Source: a virus (taxonomy: Duplodnaviria > Heunggongvirae > Uroviricota > Caudoviricetes). Taken from it: 10,710 nucleotides of DNA. The number at the start of each line of letters is the position of its first letter. Positions within the stretch are counted from its first letter, which is position 1. Position numbers and translations under genes: made by a program. Shown one piece after another: positions 1-7,435 of the stretch. The DNA is taken from the IMG/VR virus record IMGVR_UViG_2778261453_000020; one strand, 5' to 3'. A model generated the notes under the pieces. That model had not been told where the DNA came from, did no database searches, and was given only the letters and a program-made list of their open reading frames with translations.

Positions 1-291
1 AATGAAACACGCCAGTTCGCCCGGATGTTGGGACTTGAACCGAAGAACACGGCGGTGCGGAGTCCGGAGAGTAACGGAATAGCAGAGAGCTTCGTGAAAA
101 CGATAAAGCGTGACTACATCAGTATCATGCCCAAACCAGACGGGTTAACGGCAGCAAAGAACCTTGCAGAGGCGTTCGAGCATTATAACGAATGGCATCC
201 GCATAGTGCGCTGGGTTATCGCTCGCCACGGGAATATCTGCGGCAGCGGGCTTGTAATGGGTTAAGTGATAACAGATGTCTGGAAATATAG
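1..291 (+). CDS. insD: IS2 transposase OrfB/InsD, C-terminal fragment (5' end outside window)
   Basis: Same frame as track ORF 25-291 but open back to nt 1. Stop TAG at 289-291 lies inside the terminal inverted repeat. Sequence recognition from memory of IS3-family integrase-core C-termini. Confidence 0.7.
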
Positions 292-302
292 GGGCAAATC
301 CA
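1..302 (+). mobile_element. IS2 (IS3 family) right end, partial; the window begins inside the element
   Basis: The frame open from nt 1 translates to ...[40 protein letters not shown]...[29 protein letters not shown], which I recognise as the C-terminus of IS2 OrfB/InsD. The terminal sequence ...CAGATGTCTGGAAATATAGGGGCAAATCCA ending at 302 matches my recollection of the IS2 right inverted repeat. The exact end is from memory, not alignment. Confidence 0.7.
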
Positions 303-1910
303 AGTATCACGTATTCCTCTAAAGCCATCTCTGAAAATATGGTTATCAACAATGGCCGCGCTAATGTCTGGGCTGGCACAATGGTTAACGTGTCAGTCAG
401 AGGGAATGATGGCATTCTTGAGGTCATGAAGCCGCAAATAAATTATGCACCCGCTATGTTGGTGGGTAAGGTAGTGGTTTCTGAGGGCGCTTCTTTTAGA
501 ACGCATGGTGCCGTGGATACCAGCAAAGCGGACGTTTCGCTCGAAAATAGCGTATGGACCATCATTGCCGATATCACTACGACGAACCAAAACACCCTCC
601 TCAACTTAGCCAACCTTGCGATGTCTGACGCAAATGTGATTATGATGGATGAGCCAGTGACTCGTTCATCAGTGACGGCAAGTGCGGAAAATTTCATTAC
701 GTTGAACACCAATACCCTGTCGGGAAACGGCAATTTTTATATGCGTACCGATATGGCTAATCATCAGAGCGATCAGCTCAACGTCACCGGTCAGGCAACA
801 GGTGATTTCAAAATATTCGTGACGGACACCGGTGCCAGCCCGGCAGCAGGAGATAGCCTTACACTGGTAACAACGGGCGGCGGTGATGCTGCATTTACGT
901 TGGGCAATGCCGGAGGCGTTGTTGATATCGGTACGTATGAATATACCTTGCTGGATAATGGCAACCATAGCTGGAGTTTGGCAGAGAATCGCGCGCAAAT
1001 TACCCCTTCAACCACTGATGTGCTGAATATGGCGGCCGCACAACCGCTGGTATTTGATGCAGAACTGGACACCGTGCGTGAGCGTCTTGGTAGCGTAAAA
1101 GGCGTTAGTTACGATACGGCGATGTGGAGTTCGGCAATTAACACCCGCAACAACGTGACCACTGATGCGGGAGCTGGTTTTGAGCAAACATTGACGGGCC
1201 TGACGCTCGGTATCGATAGCCGTTTCTCCCGTGAAGAAAGCAGTACAATTCGCGGCTTGTTCTTTGGTTACTCTCATTCTGATATTGGTTTTGATCGCGG
1301 CGGAAAAGGTAATATCGATAGCTATACCCTGGGGGCTTATGCCGGTTGGGAGCATCAGAACGGTGCCTATGTTGATGGGGTGGTGAAAGTTGACCGTTTT
1401 GCCAACACCATCCATGGCAAGATGAGTAATGGGGCAACAGCGTTTGGCGATTACAATAGTAACGGCGCGGGTGCTCATGTTGAGAGCGGGTTCCGTTGGG
1501 TTGACGGATTGTGGAGTATTAGACCCTATCTGGCCTTTACCGGCTTTACCACAGATGGTCAGGACTACACGTTATCAAACGGCATGCGCGCTGATGTGGG
1601 AAATACCCGGATATTACGCGCTGAAGCGGGAACGGCGGTAAGCTATCACATGGACCTGCAAAATGGTACGACGCTGGAACCCTGGCTGAAAGCCGCCGTA
1701 CGTCAGGAATACGCCGATTCTAACCATGTGAAAGTTAATGACGATGGCAAATTTAATAATGATGTGGCTGGAACCCGTGGCGTTTATCAGGCTGGGATAA
1801 GGTCATCGTTTACCCCGACGTTAAGCGGTCATTTGTCAGTCAGCTATGGCAATGGCGCAGGGGTAGAATCGCCGTGGAATACTCAGGCGGGTGTGGTCTG
1901 GACGTTCTGA
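303..1910 (+). pseudogene. Type Va autotransporter adhesin, C-terminal passenger and beta-barrel portion; gene interrupted by IS2
   Basis: Track ORF 276-1910 has its ATG inside the IS2 end, so that start is an artefact. Translation is Gly/Thr/Asn/Ser-rich with repeated passenger-like segments and ends ...NTQAGVVWTF with a terminal aromatic residue, typical of autotransporter barrels. The 5' part of the gene must lie beyond the IS outside the window. Confidence 0.7.
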
Positions 1911-1971
1911 TAACAAAAAATAAACAGGCTGTGATGTGTCACGGTCTGTTTATCGAATTAATTGCAGATAT

Positions 1972-2002
1972 AAAAAAAACCAACCGTAAAGGTTGGTTTT
2001 TT
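1972..2002. terminator. Bidirectional rho-independent terminator
   Basis: A8-CCAACC-GTAAA-GGTTGG-T6: perfect 6-bp stem, 5-nt loop, flanked by an A-run upstream and a T-run downstream, so it reads as hairpin plus U-tract on either strand. It lies about 60 bp after the autotransporter stop. Confidence 0.6.
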
Positions 2003-2228
2003 CTTGGGATTTTTGGCACGAGAGTAGTTTGATTTGTCGTGCAACTACATGATTTAAAATAATATTTCTGATTCAACCTTTAAGCCGTATAACCAAACGT
2101 ATAACTAAAATGATTTGCTGCAAAAATGTACAATTTAAAGCCGGATTTTCCCAGCGGTTTATGAAACTGCGAAAATTTCGTAGTTATCCCGATACGGGGA
2201 TCACCATATCGGGATTAATGCTATGAAA

Positions 2229-3155
2229 TCAGTTTTTAGCCAGAGCGGTGACGGCCTTATCTAGTTTTTGCCATCCGCAATAGGTGATTGCCCTGAACGC
2301 TGTAGCGTCATTCTGGAAAAGACTAACCGCCCCTGATTCGGTTTTTATTACCGCCTCATCAGTTGGGGTTATAACCGTGGCTTCAACGTTAATAATCAGC
2401 TTTTGAGCGTCTATCAGCATCATGCGATCCGCCTGTTCGCTCACAATTACCGGTATTCTCAAAAGCTCTATCTGCCAGAACTCAGCATCAGTAAGCTGTA
2501 AGGCGTTTTCTACGGGCAAGATTAGCGACGACGTGGCGAGCGTGTTACCGTTCGCTATGTGTTTTTTGAAAAGCTCTATAAAGTTTTCTGCTTCATCTGC
2601 ACCGTTAAGCACGCCTTCAGGTGACACGCCTTCTTCCTCCTGGTCACTGGAAAGAAATTTTTTATTAATTTCTTTCACCGATTCCGATGTGATCAAGTCT
2701 CTGATAGCTGAATTTGTACCAGGGGTGCTAAATTTGATTAGCTCGTTATTCAGCATCACAATAGCGCCGAGTTTGCACAGTTTTAGCGCACTTTCGTTAA
2801 CTTCTCCCTCTTTGACAGGGATTTCTTCGGCTTCTTTAAGCCATTTACTACCCTTGCCTGATATTGACTGCAATTTTGCGCCAAACGGAAGATTTAGCGC
2901 GCTGCTGATTAGCTTGCCTGGTACAGACTGCGAAAAAATATACTCGCCAAGCTCTCTTACTATCGGCTCTGCCACCAGCGACGGCATATTATCCGTAGTC
3001 ATTCCGGCAACAATGGATTTTTCAAGAAATTTCGATACTGCCGGATCATTTTTTTTCGTCATTTCAATTGCGTCTGCATGGCTGAATTTACACGATGTAA
3101 GCACGCTGGCGGCGCGAACTGCCGACACGCCTTTCATGTTTTTAGAAATCATCAT
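2229..3155 (-). CDS. HK97-fold major capsid protein-like (Phage_capsid family), 308 aa
   Basis: The central region KLGAIVMLNNELIKFS...SAIRDLITSESVKEINKKFLSSDQEEEGVSPEGVL and the following ...SSLILPVENALQL...IPVIVS... follow the residue pattern I recall for HK97 gp5-type capsid proteins (K.hA..h.....hL.GDG.....EGL, then ...GIVLNP...). Its ATG overlaps the stop of the preceding small ORF. Confidence 0.5.
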   Translation of the reverse strand: MMISKNMKGVSAVRAASVLTSCKFSHADAIEMTKKNDPAVSKFLEKSIVAGMTTDNMPSLVAEPIVRELGEYIFSQSVPGKLISSALNLPFGAKLQSISGKGSKWLKEAEEIPVKEGEVNESALKLCKLGAIVMLNNELIKFSTPGTNSAIRDLITSESVKEINKKFLSSDQEEEGVSPEGVLNGADEAENFIELFKKHIANGNTLATSSLILPVENALQLTDAEFWQIELLRIPVIVSEQADRMMLIDAQKLIINVEATVITPTDEAVIKTESGAVSLFQNDATAFRAITYCGWQKLDKAVTALAKN

Positions 3156-3303
3156 CTTCTTCCTCCTGGTAACATGGGGTTAGGGTTTCGTGAAAATATG
3201 GCATCAGAACAGCGGCAGCCTGTAACCGTATTTCGGTTGGCTGCTGCTTGTCGTTCATGATTTCCGTGAGTACATCAATAGGGTCTGTGATGTATTCGTT
3301 CAT
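3142..3303 (-). CDS. Small protein (53 aa) with acidic tail EEEDDDF, translationally coupled to the capsid gene
   Basis: Hand translation MNEYITDPIDVLTEIMNDKQQPTEIRLQAAAVLMPYFHETLTPCYQEEEDDDF*. GAGG sits 8-9 nt upstream of the ATG and overlaps the terS stop. The ORF ends 13 nt inside the capsid ORF in another frame. Not in the supplied track. Confidence 0.4.
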   Translation of the reverse strand: MNEYITDPIDVLTEIMNDKQQPTEIRLQAAAVLMPYFHETLTPCYQEEEDDDF

Positions 3304-3314
3304 AGTTCGCTACC

Positions 3315-3803
3315 TCAGTGTTTTAAGCCTGTTGGTGGCTTAGGGATGGGGAACCGATTTGAGGAGACATTAGCGGCATTGAGTTTTTTAACCTCTTTTT
3401 TCCCAATGCTGCCGATCTTGCGGTGGGTGAACTGGGCCAGCTTAAACGCGGCATCTAAAGCCAGTTTTGGATCTGTGTCTATGTTGTCAGCCAGTATCCT
3501 GCCCATAGCTTTGATAGGGTCGGGCAAGCCGTTGTCCATCCGTTCTATGGTGCTGATTGATGCCCGTTCCGGTGTAACTTTTTCGGTAACTTTCTTTGTA
3601 ACTTTTTTCGGTTTTGTAACCTGAAAAGTTACATCAGGAGTTACAGCCTTAAGATACTTTTTCACCTCAGGCTCGTTGGATAGCTGCCAGCCTTTAACCC
3701 TTGCGGTCTTTTCGCTGTATCCCGCATGTATAGCGGCTTCCGTGGGATTTGCGCCCCTTGATAACGCATCAGCAAACCGCTTTTTTTTGGTCGTTAATGC
3801 CAT
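3315..3803 (-). CDS. Terminase small subunit (TerS), 162 aa
   Basis: Track ORF 3315-3941, but the N-terminal 46 residues are low-complexity read-through. Start placed at MALTTKKKRFADALSRGANPTEAAIHAGYSEKTARVKGWQLSNEPEVKKYL, which matches the N-terminal helix-turn-helix pattern of TerS proteins (AGYS.KTA...G..LL..P.V..YL). GAGG lies 7 nt upstream of this ATG. Confidence 0.6.
   Translation of the reverse strand: MALTTKKKRFADALSRGANPTEAAIHAGYSEKTARVKGWQLSNEPEVKKYLKAVTPDVTFQVTKPKKVTKKVTEKVTPERASISTIERMDNGLPDPIKAMGRILADNIDTDPKLALDAAFKLAQFTHRKIGSIGKKEVKKLNAANVSSNRFPIPKPPTGLKH
3574..3644. repeat. Six GTAAC pentamers at 12-bp periodicity inside terS (four direct, two inverted)
   Basis: GTAAC at 3574, 3586, 3598 and 3616, then GTTAC at 3628 and 3640. 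On the coding strand this spans the KVT-rich linker ...VTKPKKVTKKVTEKVTPE of TerS. Confidence 0.55.
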
Positions 3804-3930
3804 GCAAAAACCTCGTTTTGAGGGGGTGTAACTTTTCGTGTAACTTTTTTGAAAAGCAAAATTTTCTACGAATGAGACGGGGGGCGGTGTCCAGGGCGAT
3901 CGCCTTTCCGGCCGGAACACTCCCCCCCTG
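3804..3930 (-). promoter_or_regulatory. Candidate packaging site (cos/pac-like): GC-rich dyad plus two GTAAC repeats immediately upstream of terS
   Basis: 3877-3929 is an extended imperfect palindrome (ACGGGGGGCGGTGT ... ACACTCCCCCCC) enclosing the perfect palindromes GGCGATCGCC (3895-3904) and CCGGCCGG (3908-3915). Two further GTAAC copies sit 12 bp apart at 3828 and 3840, between the dyad and the terS ATG. The functional assignment is inference. Confidence 0.3.
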
Positions 3931-4092
3931 TCATTGCTCACCGAGTAACGAGATCAGGCCTTCAACTTCATCGCTCAGCTTGTTTATTCGTGTCTCAAGC
4001 TCTGCGATCTTTTCCATTAATGGCGCTATCGTGTCTCTTGTTTCCTCGCCAATGGCTTTAATGATGCTTGCCTCGCGTTCTGTGATAGCCAT
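3931..4092 (-). CDS. Small predicted helical protein, 53 aa
   Basis: Hand translation MAITEREASIIKAIGEETRDTIAPLMEKIAELETRINKLSDEVEGLISLLGEQ*. AGGA lies 6 nt upstream of the ATG, and the ATG is 2 nt after the stop of the upstream ORF. Not in the supplied track. Confidence 0.4.
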   Translation of the reverse strand: MAITEREASIIKAIGEETRDTIAPLMEKIAELETRINKLSDEVEGLISLLGEQ

Positions 4093-4094
4093 TG

Positions 4095-4289
4095 TTATTC
4101 CTCACCCGTTGCAATGCCCAGGCGTTCGCGTAACAGCACGCGAGCAAGATGGCCTACTGTTGGCGTGGCGGCTCTGCCGTATATACCAGCTTCATTCATC
4201 CGGCGAATAACATCGAATTGAAGTTTTTTAAGCTCGTTTAGGATCTCGTGATCAATCATCACGGTAGCGCTTTGCTTTATCTGTTCCAC
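4095..4289 (-). CDS. Small hypothetical protein (64 aa), possible ribbon-helix-helix-like regulator
   Basis: GTG start with AGGAGG 7 nt upstream. Sequence ...SATVMIDHEILNELKKLQFDVIRRMNEAG...TVGHLARVLLRERLG reads as beta-strand plus two helices; the fold assignment is a guess. Confidence 0.45.
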   Translation of the reverse strand: MEQIKQSATVMIDHEILNELKKLQFDVIRRMNEAGIYGRAATPTVGHLARVLLRERLGIATGEE

Positions 4290-4376
4290 TTTATGACCTC
4301 CTGATATTTATCATTACATAATCGATATTTTCGATAGATATTCATCAATTAACCATATTATCAGATATGTAAGAAC

Positions 4377-4400
4377 AAAAAAAAGCCGGAGCGATCCGGC
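4377..4400 (-). terminator. Rho-independent terminator after ssb
   Basis: Minus strand reads GCCGGA-TCGC-TCCGGC followed by U8, 17 nt after the ssb stop. Confidence 0.7.
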
Positions 4401-4416
4401 TTCTGTTACTCGTTGC

Positions 4417-4827
4417 TTAAAACGGAATATCATCACCGTAGGGGTCATCGCCTCCCGCTGGTGGCTGATTACCCTGTGTGCCTGTGGTTTTGCGTCTGCT
4501 CCCGCCAGGACACGCCGTCTTCGCACTGATTACGCTGTCTGCGATAACCTGCCAGCCCTGCCGTGTTTCCCCGTTCTGTTCGGTCCACTGGCTGACCTGC
4601 ATCGTGCCGGATACGCTGGCAACGTCACCCTTTTGATGTTTAGCCAGGTAGTCGGCCTGCTTACCAAATGCGATGACCGATAGCCATAACGTCGCCTGTC
4701 CATCCTGTGCCTGGCTGCATGGCAACGATACCGCCATACGCGCCAGCGTCATTGGTGTACCCTTGCTGGTCTGTTTTACCTGCGGGTCAGCCACCAGCCG
4801 TCCGTAAGCCGCTATCTGTGCTGTCAT
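4417..4827 (-). CDS. ssb: Single-stranded DNA-binding protein (SSB-like), 136 aa
   Basis: OB-fold-like N-terminus (...LWLSVIAFGKQADYLAKHQKGDVASVSGTMQVSQWTEQNGETRQGW...), Gly/Pro-rich linker and the acidic tail ...GDDPYGDDIPF characteristic of bacterial and phage SSBs. Its ATG overlaps the upstream stop as ATGA. Confidence 0.65.
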   Translation of the reverse strand: MTAQIAAYGRLVADPQVKQTSKGTPMTLARMAVSLPCSQAQDGQATLWLSVIAFGKQADYLAKHQKGDVASVSGTMQVSQWTEQNGETRQGWQVIADSVISAKTACPGGSRRKTTGTQGNQPPAGGDDPYGDDIPF

Positions 4828-5075
4828 GCTGTCTGCTCTCCGGTTTTAACGTTGATGGTTGTTACCTGTTCCGCTTCGGCAATCTCCCGTTCTGTCAGCG
4901 TGGCAAAGTTTGCCGCCGCCGTTGTCATGAATGCGCTTATCAGTTCAGGATGTGTTTTCGCGTATCCTTCCCCGGCGTGGCGGTCTATCGTTCTGATTGC
5001 CACCTTTAAGGCGTGCTCTGTCATGTCTAATGCGCGATATTTTGGCGCTGTCTTATCTCTGGTTTTTCTGTTCAT
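4824..5075 (-). CDS. Hypothetical protein, 83 aa (alternative start at 5024 gives 66 aa)
   Basis: Track ORF with GGGAG 9 nt upstream of the ATG at 5075; its stop overlaps the ssb start. No recognisable family. Confidence 0.4.
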   Translation of the reverse strand: MNRKTRDKTAPKYRALDMTEHALKVAIRTIDRHAGEGYAKTHPELISAFMTTAAANFATLTEREIAEAEQVTTINVKTGEQTA

Positions 5076-5288
5076 TCCCCACTACTCCCCACTTTTGTTC
5101 CCCACTTTTTAAATTCCCCACTTGCTCCCCACGTCGTTTTTTTGGTGAATCTAATGCTTTGTTTTTCATTGCGTTTTTTACTCCCCACTTTTTTGGATGT
5201 ATACAGGTGGGAAAGTGGGGAATTATGTTTTTATTTTGTTAAATTCCCCACTATCCCCACTTTTATTACCCACTTTTTACAGTGGGTA
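5076..5288. repeat. Iteron-like array of octamer TCCCCACT (about 9 direct and 2-3 inverted copies); candidate replication origin
   Basis: Direct copies at 5076, 5086, 5099, 5115, 5126 (variant TCCCCACG), 5182, 5245, 5255 and 5267 (variant TACCCACT). Inverted AGTGGGGA at 5215, with degenerate inverted copies at 5205 and 5281. Spacings of 10-13 bp. An AT-rich tract at 5134-5180 separates two clusters. Confidence 0.6.
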
Positions 5289-6683
5289 AACATCATCCCC
5301 ATCGACACAAATCACGCCGTCTTTTTCCAGCTTGGACAGCCAGCGCCGGAAGTGCTTCATCTCATATCCCAGCTTTTTCATATCGTCGCGGAGAAGGGCG
5401 ATAGTGCATGGTTCTTTGTGTGCCGTCCGCGTTCTGATGCACTGCCATAGCGCCGCGTGATTCTCCGATTTGTTGCCTGCTTCCTCGATGCGCTCCAGTT
5501 CAGCAGGGGCGCGGGGAACGTCAATCACCACCATGGACACAATCTCTTCGCCATCTGTATCGGTGAACACCTCCACGCTTTTAAGGTCGTATGCACTTTC
5601 TTTTGGCTCCTCTGCGTCCTTCATCTTCGTGCATGCCGCCACCAGTGCTGTAACGTCTGAATTTTCCCGACTGATTCGGAACTCAGCATCAAGCGCCGCA
5701 CGGAATGCGCTGGAACCGCGCGCCCCTTTCGTCTCATCCTTGCCGGAATGGTGAACCACCAGCACGGTAGCCCCTGTTGCCTGCTTTATCGCGTCACATC
5801 CCTGGATAAATGCGCCCATGTCGCGGGAGTCATTTTCATCATGACCGCCAAAGCAACGGGCCAGCGTATCAATGACGATCATCCGCACCCGTTCGCCCGT
5901 TGTGCTCTGCACAAATCCGGCAGTCCTTATTACCTGTTCCACATAGTCCGGCGATGCGGGGAATACTGGCGAATTGACGATACACAAATCAGTAACCTCC
6001 TTACCGTGGGTTATTTCCCATGCCTTAACGCGGCGTTTTACGCCCATGCTGCCTTCACCAGCAACATAGATAACCGCGCCTTTACACACCCTTCGGCCTC
6101 CCCATTTCATGCCAGTAGCAACATGACACGCCCACGAAATGGCGAGGAACGATTTATAAGAACCGCTGGCTCCGTAGGTGCTGCATAATGACTCAGCCGG
6201 AATAAGCCCCTTAATTACGTAGCTTTGCTGCGCGTCGAATCCCTCAGACCCCCATGAGATGGGAAGTGTGATTTTTCGCTTTCCGCCATTCATGACCAGG
6301 CTTTCCCCACGTTCCCAGGTTTCTTTAAGCCGCGGTAGTTGCTCGCTCCAGTCCTCCAGCAATTCGAAATTTTCAGAAAGTAGCCGCGCCTCCTGGACTC
6401 CGGCGATCGCCAGTTTTGTGGCAATGGTCAGCATCTGCATATCGTCCAGATTTCCGGCACGTATGACCTTTGTCCTGTATCGTCCTTCATCAACAATCTG
6501 TAAGTTGTCCAGTTCGTTTAACTGATAACGGCCCAGGTAAACCGGAGGGATGGGATCGCCCGCTTTTTTGGCCTGCGCAATCATGTAATGTTCTGCAAAG
6601 GAGTGAGCATCATTCCCCGCGAAAATAATTGCTTCGGTGTGTTTGTCTTTCGGTAATAGTTTTACGTTCGGTGCCAGTTTCAT
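5277..6683 (-). CDS. RepA-like replicative helicase / replication initiator (RecA-fold ATPase), 468 aa
   Basis: P-loop-like YGASGSYKS, Walker-B-like RMIVIDTL, and ATVLVVHHSGKD, which is the HHxGK motif I associate with RepA/DnaB-like phage and plasmid helicases. The C-terminal approx. 70 aa look like a possible DNA-binding domain, and the gene ends inside the iteron array. Confidence 0.6.
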   Translation of the reverse strand: MKLAPNVKLLPKDKHTEAIIFAGNDAHSFAEHYMIAQAKKAGDPIPPVYLGRYQLNELDNLQIVDEGRYRTKVIRAGNLDDMQMLTIATKLAIAGVQEARLLSENFELLEDWSEQLPRLKETWERGESLVMNGGKRKITLPISWGSEGFDAQQSYVIKGLIPAESLCSTYGASGSYKSFLAISWACHVATGMKWGGRRVCKGAVIYVAGEGSMGVKRRVKAWEITHGKEVTDLCIVNSPVFPASPDYVEQVIRTAGFVQSTTGERVRMIVIDTLARCFGGHDENDSRDMGAFIQGCDAIKQATGATVLVVHHSGKDETKGARGSSAFRAALDAEFRISRENSDVTALVAACTKMKDAEEPKESAYDLKSVEVFTDTDGEEIVSMVVIDVPRAPAELERIEEAGNKSENHAALWQCIRTRTAHKEPCTIALLRDDMKKLGYEMKHFRRWLSKLEKDGVICVDGDDVYPL

Positions 6684-6979
6684 TTTTTACCCCTGAATAC
6701 ATTCAACATCTTTCTTATTTCCTGAATATTGGCGCGTGCTTTCTCCCTGCTGGTGGGCTTACTGCGTTGCGCTGCCTGCACCAATGTAAAATCACGGGCG
6801 AACTGATAAACAGGCATCACGCAATCATATTCGTAGCCTTCACGACGGTAGGTTACGCGCCGTTCCTCCACGCCCTTAATCATTACCGTGCCGCCGTACT
6901 GGTCGCGGTAAATATCACCGCGCATGAATTTAGTGCGAGTTTTGCCACTGGCAGTTAAGCCAGAATATCTAAGTTTCAT
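6680..6979 (-). CDS. Hypothetical protein, 99 aa
   Basis: Track ORF with GGAG 9 nt upstream of the ATG; its stop overlaps the helicase ATG as ATGA. Confidence 0.45.
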   Translation of the reverse strand: MKLRYSGLTASGKTRTKFMRGDIYRDQYGGTVMIKGVEERRVTYRREGYEYDCVMPVYQFARDFTLVQAAQRSKPTSREKARANIQEIRKMLNVFRGKK

Positions 6980-6984
6980 TATTT

Positions 6985-7215
6985 TTATTCTCCGGTATGG
7001 GGCGAGTTATTATTCTCGTGAATTGCCATTGCCTTATCCAGTTCATCAATAACAGGCGATAGTAATGTCTGAATGGCTGCAAACATTAATGACGCAGCTT
7101 CTTTTCCATCTTCCGGCGCTTCAATTAATTTGCCTAACAACGCATTCATTTCGCGTGCTTTAATTAATGCGTTTTCAGAGTGGATTAATATTTCAAAAGG
7201 GATTTTATGCATCAC
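6985..7215 (-). CDS. Hypothetical helical protein, about 75 aa
   Basis: Track ORF with GTG at 7215 or ATG at 7212; AGGGAG lies upstream. It overlaps the 3' end of the preceding ORF. Confidence 0.4.
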   Translation of the reverse strand: MMHKIPFEILIHSENALIKAREMNALLGKLIEAPEDGKEAASLMFAAIQTLLSPVIDELDKAMAIHENNNSPHTGE

Positions 7216-7435
7216 AAATTTTCTCCCTTATTCTTTTAATGTCCTCATTAAGGATGTCTGTAACTTTTATCAGCGAGTTTTTGGCAATTATTTTTATTGT
7301 TTTAAGTTTTCTTTTGTCGTGCTCCGACTGTGATTTTCTCTCCATAATCTCCACCATGTGGGTAACATCAACGAGCGCACGTATCAGTATTTGCATTGCT
7401 TCTTCTGCTGCGTCCGGACGGGTGTTATTGCACAT
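7205..7435 (-). CDS. Hypothetical protein, 76 aa
   Basis: Track ORF 7205-7465, trimmed to the ATG at 7435 (AGGGGG 6 nt upstream) because the longer form would overlap the Icd-like gene by 40 nt. The C-terminal half is encoded in an AT-rich stretch (about 7205-7330). Confidence 0.4.
   Translation of the reverse strand: MCNNTRPDAAEEAMQILIRALVDVTHMVEIMERKSQSEHDKRKLKTIKIIAKNSLIKVTDILNEDIKRIREKICDA

Noticed and set aside
276-302. ATG at 276 as the start of the 544-aa autotransporter ORF
   Set aside because: The ATG lies inside the IS2 terminal repeat; the frame is an accidental fusion across the insertion junction.
1925-1950. CRP-like site GTGA-TGTG-TCAC after the autotransporter stop
   Set aside because: The half-sites are 4 bp apart rather than 6. 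It is more likely part of an imperfect hairpin next to the terminator.
2422-3183. 253-aa plus-strand ORF
   Set aside because: Antisense to the capsid-like gene, Ser/Leu-rich and low-complexity, with no ribosome-binding site.
3804-3941. N-terminal extension of terS to 208 aa
   Set aside because: The extension is low-complexity, crosses the GC-rich dyad and has no ribosome-binding site, whereas the internal ATG at 3803 has one and begins the recognisable helix-turn-helix domain.
5076-5288. Possibility that the short repeat array is a CRISPR array
   Set aside because: Repeat units are 8-9 bp with 2-5 bp spacers and mixed orientation. CRISPR repeats are much longer with longer unique spacers.
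5457-6525. Several plus-strand ORFs of 67-146 aa
   Set aside because: All are antisense to the helicase gene and lack start signals; they are typical shadow ORFs.
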